A stretch of DNA of 61,957 bases, filler included, from Globobulimina sp. (taxonomy: Eukaryota), in assembly GCA_003354225.1 (NCBI GenBank). It is 25 parts of 25 records of this genome, joined end to end, with 100 filler letters (N's around TTAATTAATTAA, not from the genome) between each part and the next. Parts side by side here need not be neighbours in the genome. Positions count along the whole stretch, not along the records: positions 52,135 to 54,515 come from PIVH01007017.1; positions 54,616 to 56,996 come from PIVH01007018.1; positions 57,097 to 59,477 come from PIVH01007019.1; positions 59,578 to 61,957 come from PIVH01007020.1; 21 more parts are not named here. The stretch is one strand, 5' to 3'. Shown in pieces: positions 52,252-61,957 of this stretch. The notes beneath the pieces are model-generated. The model worked only from the letters and a program-made list of their open reading frames with translations, made no database searches and was not told where the DNA came from. The first letter of the stretch is position 1; each line of letters begins with the position of its first letter. The position numbers were made by a program, and so were the translations under genes.

Positions 52252-52324
52252 ATAACATGGCAGCATGCCAGCATGCCATGTCACTTTAACTTTAACTTTA
52301 TAACATGGCAGCATGCCATGTCAC
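52252..52324. repeat. Two hairpin repeats (ACATGGCA-GCA-TGCCATGT) separated by (ACTTTA)3
   Basis: Seen directly at 52255-52281 (expanded copy) and 52303-52321. Confidence 0.85.
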
Positions 52325-52828
52325 ACTCTATTATTTATTATTCCACTTTGCCAACTCTTGCTCTCATATTTCCTTTTTAGGTGCTGATAAAGATTGGACA
52401 GAGTTTAGGGTGTTTTTAAACACCGACTCACTCCATAAGACGATGCTTATTAACATCAATATCATACAAAGTTTATCTTGGATGGTTCGTATTTATCACG
52501 CCTATCATATATGGTTATTATTTACATATTCAAGAGGGTTTAGCTGAAGAACCAGGTGATTTTATTTATTAAAAATTGGGATCTATATGCATTTGGAGTG
52601 TGAATTTGATGAATAATTATATTATAAAATATTAAGAAATTTTTATTATAAAAATTCCGGAAATATCTGGAAATTTTCATTGGAAATAACTATTTAAATA
52701 CAGTCACTTATTACAGTCTCTTATTAATTTATTTGCTTTTGTTTGATGTGTGTTCAAAATATCTCTTTCTTTTTATTCTTTTTTTATACATTTTTTCCCG
52801 GGTTATGTGCATATGTGCACAAACTTGG

Positions 52829-53483
52829 CTAGCAACTATTTATTGTTTGCCTCTTTTTACTATTGGCAAACATCTTAATTAAACCCACCCAACATTCCCT
52901 CCGTTTTCCAAAAAAAATGCAGTTTGGTAAAAAAAAAGCAATCAATAAATACCAATGGTACAATACAAATAAAATCGCCTGGAATGGACTGGAGGAAGAA
53001 TCCAAACCATCCCCAACATCGATAAAAACCAGATTTTTGATGATGTCGATATTATTATCCAGCAATAATTGGTAGGCCATAAAACCATAAATCGTGCCAA
53101 AATCATGCATTATCAAAGTAATGTTCTTTGAACTTAAGAGATTTGTATTGCAGTTATGCTCCTTACTGATTTCAATTAATTTGTTTGCGATTACTTTTGC
53201 AACCACAGGCCAATCAAATCCATATTTATTTTTATAATCATTTTCAAAATGTCAGTGTGACACAAAAGTAATCATTTTCAAAATGTTCGATTTGATGATT
53301 CCATAAAGAATGATTATCGAGATATCCGTCAATAAAAAATAAAATTTCCGCACATTTTAGATTTCCGTATTTGTATATCTCTAATTCTGGCGGATGGGGA
53401 TCGTTACTTATGCAGCTTAACACAAATCGTTCAATATACGGATATAAATATGTCACAAACAATACTCGTAACCGGTCCATCAT
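52829..53483 (-). pseudogene. Alpha/beta hydrolase (epoxide hydrolase-like), frameshifted
   Basis: FFIDGYLDNHSLW..QI, then LIMHDFG and LVFIDVG in another frame. Confidence 0.7.
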
Positions 53484-53751
53484 TTCCAAGGTGAGAGTAG
53501 AAAAACTTTCAGATTGCTTAAACATAAATGATGGCAGCAAATTATGCCCATCGATAAGATGAAATTAATGAAATTGAGAGAAATGCAAATTGGATTCGAA
53601 TCGGTATGGTTTTTTAGCGTATGAAAGGGTGAAAGATTCTCAATTGTCTGATTTAAAATTCAATAATTATTTTCTTGATTTAAAATTCAATAATTATGGA
53701 AAAAAAATTGAAATATGTTTTATTTTAAAAAGTTTACAGCTGCTTCATTTT

Positions 53752-54515
53752 TTAATACTTAAATTTACTTTTTTTAAATTTACCGCCGCCTTTATTTGGC
53801 TCAAATACAACGTCATCAATTTCCATATCATATTCTGTTAAAATTAAAACTTGATCCGTTGATTTATCATTTTTCATATCTCGCTGTGCGTTTCTTAATA
53901 TTTGTTTAAAATTCATCAATTTTGGGCTTTCTTTTGCGTTTTGAAAATGCTTCATCATAAATTGTGAAACTTGGCCACCGCGAACTATCTCACCTTCGGT
54001 GTTTCCTATTATTGTGACACTAAAAGCGCCGCTCGGTCTATTTCTCCCTGGTTTTACCTCATCATCAAATACGCGGCATGCGTCAATGCAATATATTCTC
54101 GGTATTGCCTCCAATTCTTCCTCTCTCGAGAATTGCTTCCTAATCCTATTGTATTTAATTTTTGAATTATCCGAACAGACCAAACTTGTGGCGGTGCCGT
54201 GGCCACTCACTGTGATAAAAAGCGCATCGAATTGGGCAGAATATGTAAAATCATCGCATATTATAATTTTAGCGAAACATTTATTCATAAATTTTTTTAC
54301 ATCGCTTGCCGTCATCCGTCCATTATATTCATCCAAACTGGACATTACTGTGTAATTATAGCCGTCGCCTAATACATCTTTGTATCTTTCAACGTATTCT
54401 GTTACGTCGGGGAGTGCTTCGCGAGTCTCATATTTACTGATTGCAATACAAACGACGGCTGCATTGTTACTCCTACACTGCGCTGCATCCTCTTTTTCGT
54501 CCATCGCAGATTTCT
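53752..54515 (-). CDS. Caspase-like (clan CD, C14) protease domain, 5'-partial
   Basis: FITVSGHG (His) and IPRIYCIDACR (Cys) dyad. Confidence 0.85.
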
Positions 54516-54655
54516 NNNNNNNNNNNNNNNNNNNNNNNNNNNNNNNNNNNNNNNNNNNNTTAATTAATTAANNNNNNNNNNNNNNNNNNNNNNNNNNNNN
54601 NNNNNNNNNNNNNNNTACCACACATAGTAAACACATACAGTCTGAATCAAAGTCA

Positions 54656-55684
54656 ATGTCAAACTCAACATCAGCATCAAACTCGCGCTCAACATCGAAC
54701 TCAATTGCAATGCCACTAATAGCAAAACAGAAATCGTTTACAAGACTGACACACAAAAACAAATGTAAACCGATGACATTCTCTATGGATATACATGATA
54801 ATCATTCAAATGCAAATTACATCTCTCCACAAATACTAATAAATAAAATAATTCCTATCAACGGCAACATGAACATTATGCCGTTCCATAGGGATTTAAA
54901 TCTGGAGCTAAATACAAATCGCTGTCAATACGTATTTCGAGATTTTATATTTTTCATTTTATATTGGTTTTTTTTGCTAAATGGCTTCTTTGATTTGTAT
55001 CATTTTGGTCTGTGGTATTTTCGATTTATTTGCTTTTTTCTATGGCATTGTGTCTTAATTCTGACTCTTTTTTGTCATTTTCGGTTCAAATCACCGCCAT
55101 TGTATCCGGTTTATTGTGGGAGCGATTTTAAATTTTGGCCATATTTCGATAAATCTGCAGTGGAATATATGAAAGATATAAGTAGTTTGCCTTTGGAATT
55201 GAAGTTATTCCAAATTAAAATGTTTGGTCCACTGCGTGAGAGTACGTGTAATGAAAAAAACATTTGTTTTAAAAAAATGGAGGATATTAAAAGTACGGAT
55301 ATTTTGGATGAAATCTGTAAACAACAAAATAAATTAATTAGATTGCGTGTTTTTCATATTATAAGATTTTCCAACAGTGAGTCATATGATAAGTTTATAA
55401 ATATTTTAAAAGATATGAAGAGTAAACAGAACCATACCACCCCGAAACAAATGTTTTATATTGAATATAATATTGGCTTTAAACATGAACAGAGGCTGTT
55501 AATAAATACAACCAATGACATGAATCATACAAAGAGTTTTTGGAATGTATGGAATTATTCTTGTTCAAACCGAAATTTGTCGTATTTTTGGTATGGGACA
55601 GGATTTGGTTTTTGTTATAGGTTTTATCACGATGTGTGTATAAAAACACACGTTTATGATTGTGTTAAAGAGGTTACATTGTGA
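54656..55684 (+). CDS. Membrane protein, TMEM151-like
   Basis: Two TM helices, then DI.T.I..LIRLR..F.N.ES and a C-terminal YR...KEV pattern recalled from TMEM151. Confidence 0.5.
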   Translation: MSNSTSASNSRSTSNSIAMPLIAKQKSFTRLTHKNKCKPMTFSMDIHDNHSNANYISPQILINKIIPINGNMNIMPFHRDLNLELNTNRCQYVFRDFIFFILYWFFLLNGFFDLYHFGLWYFRFICFFLWHCVLILTLFCHFRFKSPPLYPVYCGSDFKFWPYFDKSAVEYMKDISSLPLELKLFQIKMFGPLRESTCNEKNICFKKMEDIKSTDILDEICKQQNKLIRLRVFHIIRFSNSESYDKFINILKDMKSKQNHTTPKQMFYIEYNIGFKHEQRLLINTTNDMNHTKSFWNVWNYSCSNRNLSYFWYGTGFGFCYRFYHDVCIKTHVYDCVKEVTL

Positions 55685-55801
55685 TACATGCTAATTTGAC
55701 ATTGTTTTTTCTAGTGCTTGTTTTGTATTAATTAATTATAAAACTGTTTTTCTTGTTTGTACGTAGGTTTAGAAACAGTTTTGTATACAACAGAAACTAG
55801 C

Positions 55802-56996
55802 TTAATGAGTAAAGTCCCATCGATCTCCGTTAGGTGGCAGTTCCGAAATCATTTCCAATGATACATCACATTTCCAATTTGGAGCATATTCTTCCATTTT
55901 ACTCTTATAATATTTAAATAAACTTTGCTTTTTCCGTTCGTGTGCCACATGCAATGGAGCTTTATTATCATAATCAAATAAAAATAAATCACCACCAGCT
56001 TTTACTAACACATCCGCAATTTCTACATTGTCCGTCGCAAACGCCGTATGATGCAACACTGAGCCACCAAACTGATTTACTTGATTAATATCTACATTTG
56101 GATGCGATAAAAGTGCCTCAACATTCTCTTTCTTATTGGAAGCCACCGCAGCAAACAAAGGTGTCATTCCATGCATATCCCGTTTATTCGGATCACAGCC
56201 CATCGATAATAATGCTTTTATAACTTTTGGTGTCGATTTTTTCGATGCCCAATATAAGGCAGAGAAGCCATCAGAATCAAGTAACTTTGCATTGGTTTTC
56301 TGATGTTTTAATAGTTCCAATGCAAAATTCTCTTTATTTAAGAAGACTGAATAATGCAATGGAGTCCATTTATGATAATACGGATCAATTATATTTGGAT
56401 TAGCACCTTGAGATAATAAATATGACGGATTTGCATCGGTGTTGTCCTGAGATAAATGCAGCAATCTGATCAACGAAACTGTTATGCTTTTGATCCTGAT
56501 ATTAAATATACACTCAACTGTTGGTGGATTGATACTGTATTCATATCATTAGGTTCGACTGCTTTGGTGGTGATGGGGTTAGGTTCAATAGGTTGTACTG
56601 ACGGCTTTGAGCTTCGGTTCTGGTGTTTTTGAGCATGTTTCAATTTGTTGTTTTCAGCTTTGAGTTCATTTAATTGACGATATAGTTTATGAAATAGTTG
56701 CATTTCAATTTCAAAATAAGATGCTTGTTCTTGCAATAAGTCTCTGGCCTTTTTTATGTGATAATATATAAAGGATGTATGGGAAGTAAATTTTAACAAT
56801 ATTTTACCTCGGTGTTTAAAACTGATTTTGATATTTTAATAGCAATTTTTTGTTTATTTTCTTGAATTTGTTTTATTTTTTGTTGGTATTCATTAGTTTC
56901 ATTACCTTTGCTATCATCACCTGATTTTGTTATGGATTGTATCTGAACTGAGGTATCAAATGAATTGAGGAGTTTGTTGATTATTTGCAACGGCTG
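55802..56996 (-). CDS. Coiled-coil + ankyrin-repeat protein, 5'-partial
   Basis: GANPN, TPLHYS, SALYWA, GMTPLFAA, SVLHHTA, APLHVA; exon structure upstream of 56473 unresolved. Confidence 0.85.
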
Positions 56997-57096
56997 NNNN
57001 NNNNNNNNNNNNNNNNNNNNNNNNNNNNNNNNNNNNNNNNTTAATTAATTAANNNNNNNNNNNNNNNNNNNNNNNNNNNNNNNNNNNNNNNNNNNN

Positions 57097-57418
57097 AATC
57101 ACAAACAAAATAATCATAAATATCTTTCTCTCCATATTTACCATACACTTTTCTTATTATCTCGGCTGCGCAAACACGCACTAATTGCAATTCTAACAAT
57201 TGATTTAAGCGGACCGTATATTCACATTCAATAAAAATAGCAACATTCCCTTTCTTCTCTTCCTTTGCTGTCGACGTCATATAATTGATACATTTATTAA
57301 TATCGGTTTTATATTTACGGGTTGCTTCCAATGACATTGCTTCATCAAATCCCATATGGATAAGTTGTTGGTAAATTGACAAAGAACCTGTTTTTTGTTT
57401 AGTAAGTATATGGCTCAT
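57097..57418 (-). CDS. UBA-like domain protein, 3'-partial
   Basis: YQQLIHMGFDEAMSLEA.RKY..DINKCINY. Confidence 0.65.
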
Positions 57419-57630
57419 TTAGCTGCTTTGCCTACATACCTTCCGGCAGTTCTTTTGAAAGTGTATTTCCCATGATTCCTTGCAAAGTTTTTTTAGATTT
57501 CGTGCTTATTTAATACATAATGTTTGTCGTGTAAAAGCTAAACGAATAAAATCTCAAAATACCAGAATACGGCAACCATTGCAAGTCTTTAAATCTTGAA
57601 TTAAATACGTACGTTTCTAGCTGAGTTATC

Positions 57631-59166
57631 TTATGTTTGTGTATCATTATTATTTACATGGATAGCGCTCATTTGTTCCTCTGTGTCATAAACTTGTGTC
57701 AATGTATCCCTTTTACAGCATGGCATTATATACCACAATGAATATACAATGCACGCAGCAAACAATACGACCTCAGTCACCCAGACAACAATAAAAAATT
57801 GATCCACTTTATGGAATGCCATAGTTAACACAGAAGAAACCATATAAAATATCTGACAAAAAGCAACTTGAGTGCCATTCACCTGAGCTCGGACCGAATC
57901 ATCCACCAAAGTCTGCATTAATTGATTAATAGACAGGTCAAAGGACCACAACCCCATTCTTGCCACAATCATGCAACATAACATAATGTACGGCAAAGCA
58001 AATGCATTTTCACCAAGGATAATATCGCCAATCCCAACGGGTATCAATGACAACCAAAACAACCAAATAGTTATAATTCCAATTATCTCCATACTTAGAC
58101 CCAATTTGTTATATAAAAACGGAGTTAACACCGTACCAAATATACCAAATACTGCGCCAAATCCCTTTGTGATCCCCAACACCAAATATGATATCCCTTT
58201 AAATTTTAAATACGCAGTAACTAAAACTCCGCCACTCAATACATTCACATATAGCATGCAATAAGCCACAGAAGCAAATAATACGCGGGATTTACTATAC
58301 ACCCTCCAACCACTATAAATTAGCACAAATGCATTGTCTTTCTTTGCTTTTTTGCCGCGCTGATTGGTTAAGGACAATATAGCATGGTTTTGATCGTATA
58401 ATAATTTAATACTTATCCACTCCAATACCAATCCAATGACATTCCATACAAAGATCACCAGACAGCCATAATACACTTTTTGTATGTTAGTGTCGCCGAG
58501 ATATTCAGTATAAATGCCAAAGAAAGCAGGCGCCATAATTTTGCAAAACAAATCTATTCTTCGCATGCGGGCATTCACGTTGGTCAACAATTTCTTGTCT
58601 GTCGTTGTTTGGTTGTGCAGAGTGCAGAGGATAACCACCCAATCTTTCTCCAAACTCAATGTGGCTCCGTTTCCCATAATTTGTCCGATCATGGATGTAA
58701 TTAACAGCCCAGCAAAGGTTATGATTAGTTTATAATCAATGTTATGCATATTTGAATGATGTGAGATAATAATATCATGATAAAATCCTAAAATAAACAT
58801 GATGACACAAGAGATCACAATGCAGAGATTCTGGAGCCATATGGTTGTGGTTACCACATATAACCGATTTGTGGCATCGATCCATGCTCCAAATAATGGC
58901 ATGAATAAAAATACGGATAAATACGTAAAAAATGTAAATAATGCTTGGGGGAATAATGTGTTTACAAACAATTCCGTAAATAATAATGGAACGGCAAACT
59001 GCCATAAACGGTCACCAAAGGTTTGGAGGAAATGGGATGTGTATAATAGAATGAATGAGGTTGGTTTCTGTCTTGATGATGGTGGTGCTATTAACTTGTG
59101 CCTCTTTCCCTCATTATGTGATACGAAATGTTTAATGTATGGCAAATAAAACGTAGAACCGAGCAT
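57631..59166 (-). CDS. SLC40A1: Ferroportin (SLC40) iron exporter
   Basis: LYTSHFL..FGDRLWQF, EKDWVV, NARMRRIDL.CKI.AP, ARMGLWSFDL..QLMQ. Confidence 0.95.
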   Translation of the reverse strand: MLGSTFYLPYIKHFVSHNEGKRHKLIAPPSSRQKPTSFILLYTSHFLQTFGDRLWQFAVPLLFTELFVNTLFPQALFTFFTYLSVFLFMPLFGAWIDATNRLYVVTTTIWLQNLCIVISCVIMFILGFYHDIIISHHSNMHNIDYKLIITFAGLLITSMIGQIMGNGATLSLEKDWVVILCTLHNQTTTDKKLLTNVNARMRRIDLFCKIMAPAFFGIYTEYLGDTNIQKVYYGCLVIFVWNVIGLVLEWISIKLLYDQNHAILSLTNQRGKKAKKDNAFVLIYSGWRVYSKSRVLFASVAYCMLYVNVLSGGVLVTAYLKFKGISYLVLGITKGFGAVFGIFGTVLTPFLYNKLGLSMEIIGIITIWLFWLSLIPVGIGDIILGENAFALPYIMLCCMIVARMGLWSFDLSINQLMQTLVDDSVRAQVNGTQVAFCQIFYMVSSVLTMAFHKVDQFFIVVWVTEVVLFAACIVYSLWYIMPCCKRDTLTQVYDTEEQMSAIHVNNNDTQT

Positions 59167-59577
59167 CTGTATGTAAGACTAGTTCTGACCAGTTAATTAA
59201 GACTAAAAAACGCGGAGTTCTAAAATTTCGGATTCAATTTGGGTATTTTTGTGGCCAACAATACAACAGCACAAACGTTTTGAAAATGAATACCTACGAT
59301 TTAAATTAAACAATTTATTACATCACACTCACACAAAAAGAATGAAATTTACCAAATTGAGGATGATTATTTTGTTCAATCTCTAATTTATAATTATATT
59401 TAGCATATTTGATTGAATGTTTATTTATTAATTCCTTTAATGATTTCATACTATTTTTTGGATGAGAAATTTTAATCNNNNNNNNNNNNNNNNNNNNNNN
59501 NNNNNNNNNNNNNNNNNNNNNTTAATTAATTAANNNNNNNNNNNNNNNNNNNNNNNNNNNNNNNNNNNNNNNNNNNN

Positions 59578-59696
59578 AAATATATAATTGAGAAAAAATC
59601 ACCCCAACAGGTTCGACAGACCACGTTTGAATTATTCTCATGTTCATGGAGTAAAAAAGTAGTACGGTTGGGGTGGGATTTTTTTCGAGTTAATCA
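59578..59696 (+). repeat. 119-bp terminal direct repeat, copy 1 (contig 25)
   Basis: Identical to 61839-61957. Confidence 0.97.
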
Positions 59697-61741
59697 TGCT
59701 TTCGTTTTTGTCAATTATTACTTTAATAACATTTTACATCCATGCGTTACAATCCCTAACCGACCCCTTTACGAGTTTTGCCACATCGTCAAGAAATATG
59801 CCAAACGATCAATCGTCGCTCTTGTTGGGATATCATGCCTCAACCAACAGAATATGGTTAATTGGCGGCGATCGAAACAGTGCAACGACTAGAAACGAAG
59901 TATGGTATTATGATATTGATACGAATTATTTTACTGATGTTCGATCCCTTACATCCAACCTCGATGAATTATTTAGTCAAAGCTCCACATACATCGGTGA
60001 CTCGATATATTTTGTAAATAGTAATAAGTTGCTTCGATTTGATATTGGTGCCACCGATGTAACCTCGTACGATTTGGGCACTACAGCAACCTCAACCGTT
60101 TTGTCGCCGTGCATCACAAAATCAAAAGATGAAAATTATATTTTTATTGTCGCCGGAGAGCCTTCATCCGATCCTGATGATGGCACCGTATTATTTCAAA
60201 TTTATGACATTCAAAACTCGCAATTTAGCACTGGTGACTCATTAAACTATAAACGACGTTTTTTGTCATGTAACGTATCACCGGATGGAAATTCTTTGTA
60301 TGTATTTGGTGGAGTATATGAAAGCGGTTCGGATGTGGTTGTGGCAAGAACTTCCATTGAAAAATTAGACGTTTCTGATATTAACGCAGTGAAATCAAAA
60401 AGTGTTTCTTGGTCCGTGACGTCGATGACTATGGCTTCCAATGAATGGTACAGTCGCAGTATCGTCGATTATGTGAATAACTTAATTTATATTATTGGTG
60501 GACGCACTGACGACGCAACCGAGTCTCCGGAGGATAAGATCCAAATTGTCAACGCGACATCGAATACGATCTATAGCTCAGCCAAAAGATTAAAGGACGG
60601 CCGGGCCGCTCCGTCAGTCATCAATGTCAATCAAAAAGTGTATGTGTTTGGCGGTTATACTGCGAACAATGTAATATTTCAAACATTTGAGACCTGCACA
60701 TTATTGGATTTATCGCCTACACCAATGCCAACTAAAGCGGTTAAGTTATTTATTAATAGTTAATACTCGTTTTTTATGTTATTAATAATCGTTTTTGAAC
60801 ACTAATAATCCATAATGTATACAGCCTACATTGAATCCAAGCATCTCACCAACGAATATCCCAACGGTAGTTCCATCGAACAATCCCAGCGCATTTCCCA
60901 GCAGCACACCGACATATAATCCAACCACAGAGCCTACGAATAATCCGACTGCGGCAGAGACGCCCACTATTATTCCAACAGTATTCCCCACAGAACATCC
61001 ATCCAATGATCCGACCAATATTCCAACAACAATACATACGACACTTTACGCAGAAGGTCGCGTTCAAACAATTTCTGTTTCCAATTCGGACAAAACCGCA
61101 GAACAAAATAATGGTAACGATACACGATCAGATACCATTACAATATTATATATTATCATTGGCGTATTAGTAGCTTGTATTGGATGTGGATGTATTTTAT
61201 TTTTTAGATATCGCAGTAATCAGAAATTAATTATGCATATAGCAAATCAAAGACAATTTATAGTTACTCCAAATGCAGTCGCAGGCATTACAAACGATGA
61301 TGATATTGTTGTGAAAATCAACGCGCTGCATATTGACTCTGTTGAGGACGTTCGTTGTGGTGAAGCTATTGATAGCAACATGCAGCAAAATGACGCAGCA
61401 AAAACGACAATGGGCGGTGTTACATATGATGGATCAGGCTATGTGGATAAAAGAGAGAAAGGGAAAGCAGCAGATTGGGATACTATTTTATCTGTTGTGG
61501 CGATACAATCTGCTTAGCACAGGAGATCATGGCCAAAGAACAAAGAAATAAAGAAGAGATGGAGAAGGAATATGACTTACATGAGGAAGGTATTGATGTC
61601 GATAACATTTTTGCTGCTGAGAAAAGTGAATCAAATGAATTGCAACCGAATGATAATAATAATAATAATAATAAAACCACTGGCGATGGGAGTACAACGA
61701 CCGGAGGAGGAAATGATGTGGATAATGAAAATAAAAAGTGA
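59696..61741 (+). CDS. Type I membrane protein: signal peptide, kelch/galactose-oxidase beta-propeller, P/T stalk, TM helix; 1-nt frameshift in the tail
   Basis: LIGG, YVFGG, YIIGG blades; intron 60740-60824; PTxxP repeats; stop at 61517 with coding-like continuation to 61741 in another frame. Confidence 0.85.
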
Positions 61742-61838
61742 TTCATGGCTCCGGATCCAATTAATTAATTAATAAAAATTCCATGTTGTGTGTATAGTTT
61801 TTTTTGTTAGATAATATAATGTTGATGTTCAAGATTTA

Positions 61839-61957
61839 AAATATATAATTGAGAAAAAATCACCCCAACAGGTTCGACAGACCACGTTTGAATTATTCTC
61901 ATGTTCATGGAGTAAAAAAGTAGTACGGTTGGGGTGGGATTTTTTTCGAGTTAATCA
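61839..61957 (+). repeat. 119-bp terminal direct repeat, copy 2 (contig 25)
   Basis: Identical to 59578-59696. Confidence 0.97.

Noticed and set aside
53647-53698. Tandem 27-bp-period duplication TGATTTAAAATTCAATAATTAT
   Set aside because: Only two copies with no unique spacers; an ordinary local duplication.
61761-61772. TTAATTAATTAA inside contig 25
   Set aside because: No flanking Ns; a natural AT-rich match, not a linker.
1-61957. Operon-like or defence-island reading of neighbouring genes (caspase-like, XK, ART-like)
   Set aside because: They lie on separate length-sorted contigs, so adjacency carries no linkage information.

Overview
This window is not one locus. It is 25 unrelated contigs of about 2.38 kb, sorted by length (2384 down to 2380 bp) and joined by an artificial 100-bp linker (N44-TTAATTAATTAA-N44), so nothing across a linker is genetically linked. 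The DNA is AT-rich eukaryotic nuclear sequence with short (about 50-120 nt) GT-AG introns, dense genes and many frameshifted pseudogenes. Its gene families look foraminiferan (Reticulomyxa-like), which is an inference. Recognisable genes include acylpeptide hydrolase, alkaline phosphatase, XK-related protein, GNAT, NAD kinase (probably DEP-fused), a SAM-rhodanese-DSP phosphatase, a GPH-type MFS transporter, SLC33A1, an ERGIC protein, RCC1 proteins, PAF-AH-like hydrolase, an ABCC pseudogene, glutathione reductase, a caspase-like protease, ferroportin and a kelch-type membrane protein. The best leads are: (1) two contigs that close into ~2.26-kb single-gene circles or tandem units via exact 119-bp terminal repeats; (2) a secreted CBM1 + lysozyme/SLT-like fusion; (3) a non-canonical tRNA-like cloverleaf followed by repeated hairpins; (4) an unannotated dispersed repeat with a pentamer tail, plus a kinesin truncated by a (CTCAA)5-tailed insertion; (5) an ADP-ribosyltransferase-like ORF with two in-frame TGA codons. 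All protein calls come from motif recognition by eye; no database search was run.
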